A stretch of 64,000 nt of DNA from Marsupella aquatica (taxonomy: Eukaryota > Plantae > Marchantiophyta). The DNA is taken from the NCBI GenBank assembly GCA_973895155.1, contig OZ316896.1, positions 2,852,001 through 2,916,000 of the forward strand, in the 5' to 3' direction. A program made the translations under genes and the position numbers. Each line of letters opens with the position of its first letter. The first letter of the stretch is position 1. Positions 1 through 12,282 of this stretch are shown here, piece after piece. The notes beneath the pieces are model-generated. The model was not told the DNA's origin and searched no databases. It was given only the letters and a program-made list of their open reading frames with translations.

Positions 1-555
1 CATGTTAAAGCACCTCCATAAGCAAGGTCTTCTGGCAGTGACTTACCACAAATGTGATTAACCTTTAGTATGATTGATCTTTAGGGGCACATATTTAGGT
101 AGCCTGTAAAGTTTTTGTCATTGTCAGTACTGGACCTAGTTTGACACCCCCGTTGTGACAATGGACCATCCCACTACATTGCACTATGCTCACCGGTTGC
201 AATCAATCATGACTAAATTCTCCACCATTTAAACTTTTCATGCATTACCAATACTCACTGCTCCTGAGTTCACCAGCTCGCTACTCACGCATTGACCCAG
301 CTGTGAATGGGGCCAACACTCAATTCAACCCGCAACTCATGGATTAGCCGACTTGTAAACAACTGGACCACACCTCACTACTCATGCATTTATCGAGTTG
401 AGAATGGCACCACCTTTAATTCAACTTGCTACTAATGCATTAGGGCATGTCAAAGCAAGGCTGCAACTCAGCCACCTTTCAATTCAACTCACTACTAATG
501 CATTAGGGCGTGTCAAAGCAAGGCTGTAACTCAGTTACAACTCAGAACATAAACT

Positions 556-1040
556 GTTTATATGGCCAAGACAAAATCATTATGGGAGACCAAAATATGT
601 ACCCCATAAGTATTTTACCTCCAAACATTGTTTTTACTGCCCAAAGACACAGACAAAATCGAAATGGGAGACCAAAACATATACCCCATAAATATTTTAC
701 ATACAAACATTGTTTTTTCGGCCAAGACAAAATTGGCTTTATGGCCAAGACAAAATCAGTGAGGGAGACCCAAATATGTTCCCCATACGCATTTTACATC
801 CAAAAACATTGTTTTTAAGGCCAAGACAAAATTGGCTTTATGGCCAAGACAAAATCAGTTTTACATCCAAACATTGTTTTTAAGGCCAAGACAAAATTGT
901 TTTTATGGCCAAGACAAAATTGTTTTTATGGCCAAGACAAAATTGTTTCTATAGCCAAGACGAAATTGTTTTTATGGCCAAGACAAAATGAGTGAAGGAG
1001 ACCCAAATATGTACCCCATAAGCATTTTCCGTCCAAACAT
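556..1040. repeat. Minisatellite of ~21-bp units (TTTTATGGCCAAGACAAAATTG) nested in longer degenerate repeats
   Basis: ggccaagacaaaat recurs about nine times; the longer unit gggagacc..aaatatgt.ccccata recurs at ~584, ~762 and ~997. Confidence 0.9.
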
Positions 1041-2249
1041 ACACATTAGACTAACTTTCACACGCCCTAATTACCCTAGTTACCCAGTTGTGAATGGCAG
1101 GACCACTGATGTGCTCGGAGAATCTCGTGCTCCATGATGGTAATGGCCGAGTCTCTCCCGACTCTCGTCCAAATTGAAGAACACTGTTCTGCACGAGTGT
1201 CAAACAGGTCAATAACAAAACCTGTAGCAGGCACGCTTGTTCGTCGTGCAGACCATCGAGGGACATTACTACTGCGATGTACAGTCGTGTGTTGCGGTCT
1301 ACGCTTGAGAGAACCCAACAGAGCGTTTATTTTTTCCCCCTGAAATTGAATAGAACGAACTCTCGGTCTTGCTTGAGAACCTTGTAAAGCAATTTCAGGG
1401 GGAGAGAATAAACGCAGGACGACCAAGAAAACCTTCTCAAGCAAAATTTCGCCGGAACACCAGAAATAACGTTCTCAGAAAGCGGACACGAAGAAGCACC
1501 GTCTCCTCAAAGATTTTGAACATGTTTTGAGAAAAAATCGACGAGGTGGATACTTGTCTTCATCCATAACTTCGTCCCTAATAATTGCCCCGATTACAGA
1601 TAAAGGTTTGGATTCTAACCCATGAAAGCTATATGTTCCCTAGTGCTCGACTTTGCATGCAAACCAGAGCGATTTGCCTACAACGTTCACAATATGCGAT
1701 CAAGCGGTCTAATTGATGGTGTCGTTTTGGGATGACACACAACCAACGCTCTCTGTATTATGGCCTGTTAGTCCATGTGCAGGACGTCAGGACATAATTT
1801 CGTTTCGCACCTCAATTTCTATGACTGAGTAACTGATGAATAAATGATGAATGGTCTTCAGTGGCGAAGGGGACTCCTTCGGCCCAATCCAATCCACCGG
1901 ACCACAAGGAGGCCTCTAGCTCCATCAATCTAAACTCATCAGATCTGATTGAGTAGGAAATTTGACCATCTCTAGGAATGATTCTATGCATACGAGTGCC
2001 GTCCATCTACTGTAATTAGTCCCCAGACCGATGCATGTCATCAGGGCCAAGGCTTTCATGGTGTCTCGTCATAACAGTGACCATCCATTCCATTGATGTT
2101 CACGATGGCAGAAAATAATTTTGATGACGGCACTGTACTGGATTGGATCGGAGGTCGACAAACAGCAAATTTCCCAGATTTTCCTTGAACTATTTATTGT
2201 ACACGGCCTTCAAGGATGCAACCGGCGACGTTAAGGTATACGTGGCTGG

Positions 2250-2879
2250 CTAGCTTCCACCAAATTCACCAGTCATCATCTTCTTAAACTCACAAAAATC
2301 CACACTCCCATTTCCATCGACATCCACGTTTCGGATCATTTTCTCGCAATTTGTCAAGCTCACTCCCTCATCCACTCCTAGCTTCACCAGAACCGCCTGC
2401 AATTCAGTCGGAGATATTAAACCATCCTCGTTCTTGTCAAACACGTTGAAGGCGTCCTTCAAATCCTTGTCGTCATTCCCATCTCCCCCAATCTCATCAT
2501 TTGCGATCATCTGGTACAAAGACTCGAATTCATTGAAATCAACGCTGCCATCTCCGTTCGCGTCCACGGCACTCACCATGTTAGTAATATCGTCCGCTGT
2601 GCTTTGAATTCCAAGTCGTCCCATGAATTGCTGCAAATCATCTTGGGAGATTAGTCCGTCCTTATTCTCATCAAAGTGATCGAATACGGTTTTAATCTCG
2701 TGTACGTTGACAGGCGGAGCCTTGTTTGCCTTGAAGCTGAAGTGTTTCTCATAAAACTGCTCGACTACAGGCGAGGATCTGCTGGAGGAAGACTCTCTTT
2801 CATAGATACCCTTATTTGAGCCGCTGGTATCAGGTGTCTTCGGACTAGGAATCTCCGTCGGCGTTGATGGCGTACTCAT
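2250..2879 (-). CDS. CML: Calmodulin-like (CML) 4-EF-hand calcium sensor, intronless, 209 aa
   Basis: Four EF-hand loops DENKDGLISQDD, DANGDGSVDFNE, DKNEDGLISPTE, DVDGNGSVDFCE; DLKDAFNVFD typical of plant CMLs; Ser/Pro/Thr-rich N-terminal extension. Confidence 0.95.
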   Translation of the reverse strand: MSTPSTPTEIPSPKTPDTSGSNKGIYERESSSSRSSPVVEQFYEKHFSFKANKAPPVNVHEIKTVFDHFDENKDGLISQDDLQQFMGRLGIQSTADDITNMVSAVDANGDGSVDFNEFESLYQMIANDEIGGDGNDDKDLKDAFNVFDKNEDGLISPTELQAVLVKLGVDEGVSLTNCEKMIRNVDVDGNGSVDFCEFKKMMTGEFGGS

Positions 2880-4519
2880 TTCGGAACGCTTGCCTGTAAT
2901 ATGCTACTGCAACCTCTTCAAGGTATTATGAAGGTACGGGGAGTACAGCCGGGCGTTCCGGTGCGAGATGACGAACGATGAATGGTACGAACAATGAATG
3001 GCAGCTTCTCTGCAATCGACGCTTGTTGCTCGACGTTTATGGAAAGAACGATAGTATGCAGGGAACGAGATCTATCAGCAGCAAGCGTGCACCCAAATCG
3101 TCAATCGATTCTAACGATACGCAGAATACACTACATGAAGGACAATAGTATATGAAGTTGCTCAATCTTCGTCGCTCGCTCCTCTCCTCTCCTCCCTGGA
3201 TCCCCGTGAATGAATCAAACACGACGTCGCAAATAGAGAAAATGCTAGAAGAGCTCAATGTCCGATGAGGGATGAGAACATAAAGCTCACGTCTACACAC
3301 AATAAATAGGAGTGAGCCCGACGTTCAGATGCCGAGCAGTCGGAGCAGACGGTGGCGATGTTTAGTCCTCGTCCGAAGAAGGTCCTCTCTACATCTAGAG
3401 AATAGCCTTAGACGGAATAAATGCCGCACATGTGCCTCCGCGCGTGCCGGTAATCAAGATATAAATTGTTAGGATAAGAACAGCAACCGGGAGTGCAGAC
3501 CGAGAAACCCAGAGGATCCAGATAGTATGCAAGGCGAAGGCGCCGGTAGGATGGCAGAGCAGAACAGTCGTCAATATGGATGAATATGGTAATGAACGAT
3601 CCGGGGAAGCTCGCACGGCAGAACTGATCTGGTCACGTCACGGCGGTACTGCAGCCAGGAATTCCTGTAACCGCGTTAGCCAACTCAGCCTACTTCCATT
3701 CGGCCTTCCTTCCCCTGTTCCGGCTGCAGTTCCTCTTCCACTTCTCTCGACAAAAGAAGAGGCAGAGGATGGTCCACAAAGCTCAGCGAGTGCCTCGCTT
3801 GCAGGATCTGATGACCGACAAACCGCGGGAACAAACCAACGAGTGAGGTCTGCAGGAAGCAGATCAGCCGGTTCTTTGCCTCTCCTGCAAACAGATGCTG
3901 TCCCACGCCTCTGGAGACTGATGAGCTCCACAACATTGCTCTTCAGTAGTTCAGTGGCTTCGTCTCATCCTTTCCCTGCTCGTCAGAGAACAGTAAGTAC
4001 ACCGAGAGATGTTCACTAGGCACGCACAAGATTCCCCTCTTCTACTCTTTCCCGGACGCTTCGTTTCGTGGTGCCATCATCCATACCAGAGGTCCCAGAC
4101 TTCGGATCCTGGCTATGATCCACGTGTGGGGATCCAAGATGCTCTCTGTCCGAGTTTTTCAATGAATAAACAATGTCTTCCGAGGTAGAAAAAGGGAGAT
4201 CGCTGGCGCACCAGACAGTCTCCAACGGTCCTCCCGCATCCGCCGAACGTCCTGCACCGTAAACAATAATTTGCTGTCGGCTCTGCCTATAGACATCATT
4301 CTGTAGTTCCGTCCCTGCAATGCATGGAGGGCCCCGGCAGGGCGGTGCCTCCGGAAAACCCGCCCAAGCCGTTCTTGATCGATCATCCATCTCCCTGTCA
4401 CACCGAAACAGACTGTCGCGGGATGCGACTCGCCGCGATGCTTCCTCCCTCAAGAATCCTTGAGCCATCCTCGCTCGGTCATCACTGATCAGGCCCATCC
4501 ACCAGCAAGACAATCATGC

Positions 4520-4845
4520 ATCCGTCACAACTCTGAGACTGTCGCTCGTTCATCAGCTGATCAGCAGGTGTGCCGAAGTGCCCAGCCATGATTCCATCCG
4601 CCGGCGTTGCACCCATTTTGAGGTCCAATTGCTGGACCGTGATTGCATCCGCCATCTTTGCACAAACTCTGAGACTGTCGCTCATGCATCCGGTATGCCC
4701 AATTGCCCAACCATGATTCCAATCCGCCGGCGTTGCACCAACTTTGATGCTCTACCTCAGTCCAATTGCCCAACCGTGATTTGCGTCCGCCATCGTTGCA
4801 CAAGCTCTGGCTGAGAGACTCTGCTGACTCTGCTGACTCTGCATC
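4520..4845. repeat. Degenerate GC-rich tandem repeat (alternating ~50-bp subunits, ~105-115-bp period)
   Basis: ccatgattcca(a)tccgccggcgttgcacc x2, ccgtgatt..tccgccatc.ttgcacaa x2, aactctgagactgtcgctc x2, then (gactctgct)n. Confidence 0.8.
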
Positions 4846-5994
4846 ACTCTTGCGTTTTACACCGGGACTCTTGCCAATCAACTGCGATCGTGACGGTAAA
4901 CAATCAATTTCCAATTCTGGCAAGAATTACGGCCACGTACAGATTTGCGTGCCCCATTCTTACGGTAGTGTTCGCGAATCGTCATCCATTCGCAATTTCC
5001 GAGAAACAGAGTGATCATGAAAATTCACCGCAAAGGCCAAAGAGAGAGGAACGGAACGATGTACTCAAATTTGCACTACGGTTGTGTACAAACACTGACT
5101 AGGAGAGGGCCAAGCGGGTATTCTTAGTCCATGGATTGCCCTTTGTGGGCAGGGGCAGATTGAAGTAGGTACACCTATTAGGGATTCTCGTTCAACTTAG
5201 TTTTCAAGGTTTTTCCTTTTTCTCTGGGATGTCACCTTCTCTACTAAGGTGTAGAAAGATGCTAGGAATGTTCTTTATCTAATTTTACTCCATTAATTTC
5301 TCACCATTTTCAAAGGATAAACTTTAAAATCTGGTTAATGCGATGGGTAGGAGGGAAAGTAGTTAACGGAAGCCAAAACAATCAGCTAATTTTAGCCAAA
5401 AAAAAGTGGTGATAGCTTTTTAGCAAGGTGGAACCTAGTAAATTTTAGCCGCAGAGAAAATGATGGTTGGAAATGCTGACACAAAATGCAAAACCCTAAT
5501 AAGCATGGAACCAAGGATCGCAATATACTTTTAAAATGGCAAAAAACTTCTGGAGGAGTTTGGGGGTAATCAACACAAGATACATGATTTATCTCTCTCT
5601 CGAGGTCAGGTCCATTGGAACATGTTAGAGAGCTTTACTAAACTCTAGTAAGCCCTAGACCGAGCCTAGATCATACACATTACAAAAATTCCATGGACAT
5701 TTGAGGAGACATTGGAGCGTCTCAAAGCTTCATAGTTACAGATTATGATTTTTGGCTATAAAGAAATGACTATAGCTTTTTCAAATGGTTGAGTGAAAGT
5801 TTTGTTGTTTTTCACTAGCCTCTATAGTGACTTGTGGTCATGGCGGGGGTCATGGCATATGAAGTATTTATGGCAAAAGGTTATGGATCATGAATTTGGT
5901 ACTTCATACCTTGTTATGTCCTAACCTTAACTTAGGTAAGTTAAGGTTCATCAAATTTTGAGTTTCAAGACCACTTATTGTCACCATTTGCAAA

Positions 5995-6238
5995 GTATGA
6001 GCAGTGATAAACTAGTGTGGGCAAAGATCTGCATACATGATCATACACTCGTACTTAAAAGTTCCCTGGATTAAGATCTTCCTCACCAACAATAATTTAG
6101 ACACATGGATTTATGAGCATAGTATGAGCAATGACAAACTAGTGTAGGCAAAGTTCCTCATATGATCATACACTCATACTTAGAAGTTACCTGGATTAAG
6201 ATCTTCATGACCAACAATAATTTAGACCTGTGGATTTG
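5995..6238. repeat. ~127-bp tandem duplication
   Basis: gtatgagca.tga.aaactagtgt...ctggattaagatcttc...ccaacaataatttagac..tggattt occurs at 5995 and 6122. Confidence 0.9.
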
Positions 6239-7679
6239 TCACAGGGAAAATCCGCAAATTGAAGAGGAGGAATACATCTCACAATTATTTCTGACTGAAG
6301 GACTTGATGCAGATTGCAATGTGAGCTACAAATTCAAGTCCAAGAGTGCATTATGTTACTTCAGCCTTCATAGAAAATAGCAATTCCGAAGGGAGAGACA
6401 TATGAAGTCATTCCTTTCAATGATTTTGAACATCTTTGTGGTGGAAGTTTAGGACTTGTGCTATCTTAGGATACTCCCACCATCATGCCAACTGCCTAAA
6501 TCATTAGTAGGGCCGTCGCCTCATTGTAATTAATTAGCTTACGATTAGTCATTAAGGTCGTCTAGTCTTCACTTCAGGTTCTGGTTCACTCATACCTTGA
6601 CATATTAACACACTTCTCAAGGATTCTATCTCATTAGAAACAAACCGCATGAATATACGGTCTGCTAGGCTAATATGTTTGCCAGCCCAATGGTGGATGT
6701 TCAGGATGCTATCAGTACACATGACAAAGTATGTTTTGTCAATGTTTGACAACCACTAAGTAATGTTAAGGTCACTCACTCACTTTGCTGCCGCTCATTG
6801 TCACTTCTTATGGATCTTAAGCCACGGCTCTTCCTCTCTGGCCCTCAACCGTCTGACGTTAATATCTTTGCATTAGTTCACCTCGCTTCAGAGTACTAAC
6901 TAACGAGCTAACTAAGCATTCTCACAAAATTCCTTCACTTTGCTGGTGCTTATGTTCCTTTTCATCCGCCATGTATTCCAAACCTGTGGAATTGTATTTG
7001 ATTTCTTAACACCTATAAAAACTGTGGATTTCAATTGCGAGTCGAATTGCAAATCCACTAAACACACATTGTAAGTTGTATGGTACAGAAAGAGCTCAAG
7101 GTGTTTGCTACATAAAGAGCTCAAGGTGTGTGCTATAGAAAGAGCTCAAGTCACTGGATGGAGCTGAAATTTTCCTCTCATTCCAAGTTGGATATCTTCA
7201 CGTAGCGATGGCCACCATTCCACAATGATTGCTACTTCCAAAAAAGTACAGTACTCTTAAGTCCCCATAGAGTGGAGATATTCCGAGCAATTCCTTGGTA
7301 GACAGACTGTATACCACACATAACGTCGGGCTAGCTGAACATTATAAAACTTAGCAATGCACCAACACACTTGAGCTGCCCCCTGACCAACAAAGTCGTA
7401 GCACCAGATTCTTTGTTCCAGTCACCATACCAATCTGAGGGAAGAAAATGAGAGATATACTTTGTGGACCTTTTTGCTTTATGGACCGAAAGATAAAAAT
7501 TCTCTCCCAGTGGTCCCAAAGTTTCAAATTCTCTCATAGTGGGCCTTTGGGCCTACTCTGTACAACACATTTGTTCTTATGAAAGTGTTTACCACACAGT
7601 TCAGGCTTATTGTGGAGCCTGAACTGTGTGGTAACAATGTGATTAGTCAAGTATAGAAAGATCAAAAAGCGTAATGATC

Positions 7680-7953
7680 GCCCCACTTGCTTGAATACAT
7701 AATTGTGACTATTGTACTCAGACAAACTAGAAATAAAGGATCTTACATAGTCTCATTGGAGCACCCAAGCGTAGTAGCGAGGCCTCCCAACTTGGTCCAA
7801 TACATTTTGGCTAATGTATTCAAACTACAAATGAAAGATCTTACAACCGCATTGAATTACCCAGGCGTTGTAGCACCGCCTCCCAACTTGGTTGAACACA
7901 TTGTGGCCATTGGTTTCCAAACTACAAAGGAAAGAGTTTACAGCCGCATTGAA
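7680..7953. repeat. Degenerate ~97-bp tandem repeat, about 3 units
   Basis: cccaacttgg....acatt.tggc.a...caaactacaaa.gaaaga..ttaca.ccgcattgaa repeated. Confidence 0.7.
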
Positions 7954-8370
7954 GCATGCAAGTGCCATATTGTCCCCAGCTCGTTGCTTTTTTAAAGACA
8001 ATGTGAATATTATATACAAAAGTTAAGAAATAAATAAACTCCAAATGTGCCCTCCTTACGTGTGAGGAACCTGTTGCAATAAAGGAGTGGCCAAAAATTA
8101 TCATTGGGCCAATCCAAGTTAATGTATGGAATTTTGCGGGTCTAAGAATTAATACATTGTTTATTTTACTTTGTTCAAGATGCATGTATTCATTTTGATT
8201 TTACATGCCTATGCTGTGCTTTGCCCTAAACTCTAGTCCTTTAACTCTATACAAGTCCAAACTCCTGCTTGGCCGCACGCAAACAATTCACTTGACATTG
8301 CGGTTGTAGTTGAACACATTTGGCGAGTGACTCGGACAGACACTCAACAACCATAGAACATCCAGTGTTT

Positions 8371-8502
8371 TATAGTGACTTTCTCACCTAATAGAGACTG
8401 AGAACTGGGTTATAAGAACTTTGAAACCACCAAAGGTACCACTTCCTCTCAAAGTTCTTATAACCCAGTTTTCAGCCCTTATTAGGTAAGAAAGTCATTA
8501 TA
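8371..8502. mobile_element. Fold-back element / MITE-like hairpin (~54-bp arms, 24-nt loop)
   Basis: Arm 8371-8424 (tatagtgactttctcacctaatagagactgagaactgggttataagaactttga) is the near-perfect reverse complement of 8449-8502; TA at both ends. Confidence 0.75.
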
Positions 8503-8960
8503 GACAAATGACCAATGGACCTCCATGCCCACCTTCCATTGGAACAAAGTATGATCTTTTGGATCTGTTAAGGGAAAAGGCTGCATTTGAAGGTCCATTA
8601 AGCATATCTCTTGGAAGAAAATGGAGGGAGAAGTAAGTTTTATCTTGGAAAAGGGTTTGAAAGGTTGCATTTGGAGGTCCATGAAATATATATATCTCAG
8701 AAAAAAATGGAGGCAGAAGTAAGTTCCATCTTGGAAAAGGGTTCTATTGTTCACCAGCCAAGTAGAGGGCACTCCTAGTCTTACAATATCCTGACTGATA
8801 TACACACCTTAGAGATGCCTGTTGAGAAATCCTTGCGTGACATGATCACCAGATTGAGGACAACGATTTTCATACATCTAGTTGTTACGAAGACAAACAC
8901 GACAAACTAGGTAGTAAGATTGAATCCAACAAACTGCGCTTTCATGACTCATTTCCCAAT
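8503..8960 (-). mobile_element. Decayed LINE ORF2 fragment
   Basis: Minus-strand translation contains FQWKVGMEVHWSF, resembling the plant LINE WKVGxG..FWxD motif; many disruptions. Confidence 0.4.
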
Positions 8961-9412
8961 TTCATGAGCAAAGAGAACATTTTTCACACGAGAAAGTTCA
9001 ATGCTTGCATGGATACGCAATGGCTTCTTGTGTCTTGCTGCTGGATTCAAGGTGGCTTTACAAGAACTTTGGGGCAGCAGTTCCTTTTTTTGCCAAGTGT
9101 GAGATGCAATCTCAGCCATTCATACATGGGAATAGGCCACACTTCACTTTACATGAACTTGGGGACACAATCGAGCAAAACCATTACCCGAAGTTAGTCA
9201 TCTGTGAGTCCCGCTGTGAGTGGGTCCCTTTTTTTCCTGATGTGTGCATGCTTTTTTGTCCAAAACTTAGACCTCCTCCTGAGGTTGTCTAAAAAACTGC
9301 TAAAAAACTGGAGCTAAGGACAGCTTGTTTTTAGGGAATTGTATTGATTATTTCCAGACCTGACACATTTTGGCTCAGGCAATTTAATTTTTGTGTATTT
9401 AAGCAATGGCCA

Positions 9413-9990
9413 TCAGTTTTTTTTGCCTTGAAACATCCAATTGAATTCCATTCAAAGAGACAACATACAACAAGGTGGCCCGCAAAAGGGGGACAACACC
9501 CAAAGAGGACCGGAGGTCAAAGTGCAGGGGACCGGTGAAGCCGACACCAAGGTAGGGGAGAGGCCTCAGCAGCGAGACAACTAAACAAGACGTTCAAGAA
9601 CACTAGGGGGAGCAGCACACTCCGTAAGACCGGCCAGTGAAGAAGCCCTGGCAACGGACCATCCAGTGGGTCCATGACAAGAAGAAATCCTGTTGATCTG
9701 TCTACAGGACAAACCCCTACCCAGAAAGATATCTACCACTCATGGAGGTCTAGGAGGCAAGGGAAAAACATGGAGAATTTACTCATGAATCCCCCAAAGG
9801 CCAACATAACAGCCATAGTTCAAAGCCATGTCAGCAAAGATACCATTCATAGTAGCCTTCCCAAGTCATCTGTGACGGGCCCAGTCCTTTTGCATATGGA
9901 CGGTGAGCCCGTGCCAAGATTTGCCGGATAACAGCATGAGAATCAGAGCAAGTATGCTCAATGAAGTATGAGCCAGAGTATTTTTTAAGC
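9413..9990 (-). mobile_element. LINE 3' end with A-tail (decayed)
   Basis: Minus strand ends ...gtttcaaggcaaaaaaaa; homologous to 13409-14255 and 27414-27790; YFIEH segment matches the HFIEH/HFMDH segments of the other copies. Confidence 0.7.
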
Positions 9991-9994
9991 GCGA

Positions 9995-10150
9995 ATTTTA
10001 GCCAAATTCCACCTCCCCAAAAAATGTTCGCCACTTTGGCTAATATTCACTTGCTTTTTCTAACCCCTTTAGCCACACTTCCACCAAATCATGGACCCCA
10101 TTAGCCAGAATGTAACGGTCCTCCATAAATCTAGGGATATCTAATGGTCA
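9995..10150 (-). repeat. Dispersed repeat of the TCCCTAGATTTA family, inverted relative to the copies at 55853 and 61921
   Basis: Reverse complement ccattagatatccctagatttatggaggaccgttacattctggctaatggggtcc...aaagtggcgaa aligns by eye with 55853-56010 and 61921-62075; weaker copy at ~5320-5450. Confidence 0.7.
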
Positions 10151-11453
10151 CAATTTACTTCACTAAATTCTGATAGAGAAGATTCCCTTCCTAGAATCTC
10201 TTTTCTTAGAGAAGCTAACATTGGGCACACTGGCTAAAAATAAGAAACCTTAAAAAACAAGCTCGTGTGAGCTCCTATCCTTCCAAATATAATATTCTGC
10301 CTAATAATAATGGCCATCAATTTTGCGAAATTGATTAATTAACCTTAGCCCCCACGTCTTGTAAAGCCCCCCTCAGTCTTGTCACACTCCAAGTCCCTCA
10401 CTACTAACGTCCTTGCTTGACGATGGAACGCACGACCTTGAGTGCATCTCTGAGGACACTCTGTTGGACAAGGAAGGACGATGCTACGGCCTGTAGCCCT
10501 GATCGCCGTCAGCATGTCTGTTACATATAGGGTAATGCAGGTCTGGGCATAGGGTTACTAGGCTGTAACCTTGTTTCCGGAATATGAAAAGAAGCTGACT
10601 GCGGCAGCTGGAAAGCTTCTTTGAATATTCCGGGAGCAGGTTAGATTCTAAAACCCCAGCCCAGGCCTGCACTAGAGTAAGTAAGTCCTGCGTGGAAAGA
10701 GGTTACAGGCTAGACTTTTCAGGACAGTAGATTATGACTATGGCAGGTAGACTTAGACTTTTCAGGACAGCATTATTACTATAGGAGGCCTGTTTATACC
10801 TCTTGAGATGAATTACGTACTTTTTCCTTCTACAAATACTCTCTGATCCATTTGCCAACTGAGGAAGTTCGTTACCTCAATGCCCACTAGATTACATAGA
10901 ATGTGAAACATGGTACAGCAAGGTCCTCTACTGAAGAGCAATGAAATGAAGCGATGCATAGGTACGGATTGGTACTTTTCAGACCACAAGTTTGTTTTCA
11001 ATTTCCATCGCGGGAAGTGAAGAATTGGGAAAACTTTTGTCCATTTCGGTGTTGGTAGTTGGCCGCGCCTTGATGGTGTTTGTATCAGCAATCCCTGAGC
11101 CAACGGCGCCGCGAAAGGAGCTGCATGATATTCGCAGATCCGCTCTAGAGCTCCGCCGCAAAAGCATCGACTGAATCAAAATCGTACGCATGCGTGAGAT
11201 CGTCCGCGCCATTTCACACAATTTTCAAACCCACTGCCTAAAACGATCCGAGGTCGGATTTGGATTGCCATTTGCCGCCATGCCAACTAAGAGAATGCCC
11301 GTGACCATTATGATGACGAATATAGCTCGCACCATACGTGGATGCCTATCTTGGTAATAATTGGTAGTGCATCGCCATCAGGCATCAACGTCGGAAGACG
11401 GTATGGCGAGATCGCGAGAGAATTTGTGAGAGCCCACGCTTCACACCGCCAAC

Positions 11454-11890
11454 GGATTGAACTTCCATAAGTTACTACCCATCTGACCCATCTATCATAG
11501 GATTACAGAGCTTCTAGTCGATTGTGTAGCTCCCGCACGCCTACCAAGCTGTCGTCCCTCACCCCATGCTCGCTGCCTCTCTTGGATGTTCGGAGCGACG
11601 AAGGATTTGTGAAGGGAACGTCTGAAATCTCGATTGACGTACCAAAGTAGCTCGAATCTTTACCACCGCTCTTAGATTGGACCTCGATAAGTTACTATCC
11701 GTGTGACCATTCTGTCATCGAATTGCATTGAGAAGAGTGTGTTTGTTGGCGCGCCTACCAAGCTCTCGTTCCCTGGTTCCCTCGCCTCTTGCTGAGTGCC
11801 TCTCTCGGATGATCGAAGCGTCGAAGGAGCTGTGTCAATAACTTCGAAGCGAACATCAAAATCCTCGGTTCACGTACGGAAGTGGTCAAG
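11454..11890 (+). repeat. Diverged tandem duplication (~220 bp) of the region upstream of the 11899 ORF
   Basis: Co-linear shared blocks gattg.ac.t..ataagttacta.cc, cgcctaccaagct.tcgt, tgcctctct.ggatg.tcg.agcg.cgaagga, acgtac..aagt in 11454-11660 and 11674-11890. Confidence 0.8.
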
Positions 11891-11898
11891 GAGTGGCC

Positions 11899-12282
11899 AT
11901 GGCCCCTCCGACTGTAATCGATTTGACATCGGAAGAATCAAGTGAGTTCCGAAGCAGGAGGAATCCCTTGCAGGCCGTCAGTAACAAACCGATAGGGAAA
12001 GCTAAGCCAGCCCCGAAGAAGAAAGTTGTTCCCATCAAACGCAAAGCGCACGTATTGCTGTGGATCCCGCATAACGGATCGAAGTCATCAGCATGGGGAA
12101 AATTGAGGGTTCTGGGCGTGTTCAGCACGAAGGAGAAGGCGACGGCCGAGCGCGAACGTGTCGTGAGTCGGTATGACCAGTGCGGCCACGGTGATATACT
12201 CATTGGAGATACTTGGCATGACGAGATCGATGTCCTTGTCAAACCTGCTGATTGCTTCTTTGACGAGGATCAGGTTGAATAG
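11899..12282 (+). CDS. Uncharacterised intronless 127-aa protein (SIM-like VIDLT-acidic motif, basic NLS-like patch, compact C-terminal domain)
   Basis: ATG in good context (gccATGG); protein-like composition MAPPTVIDLTSEES...KPAPKKKVVPIKRK...LRVLGVFSTKEKA...CGHGDILIGDTWHDEIDVLVKP; family not recognised. Confidence 0.7.
   Translation: MAPPTVIDLTSEESSEFRSRRNPLQAVSNKPIGKAKPAPKKKVVPIKRKAHVLLWIPHNGSKSSAWGKLRVLGVFSTKEKATAERERVVSRYDQCGHGDILIGDTWHDEIDVLVKPADCFFDEDQVE

Noticed and set aside
556-1040. Regularly spaced repeats resembling a CRISPR array (also 25700-26452 and 42690-43310)
   Set aside because: Units are head-to-tail without unique spacers, there are no cas genes, and the context is eukaryotic
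1860-1925. miR159/319-like sequence on the minus strand
   Set aside because: Only a partial resemblance, with no supporting fold-back
10482-10707. Solo LTR (tgctac...ggttaca)
   Set aside because: No matching target-site duplication and no second copy
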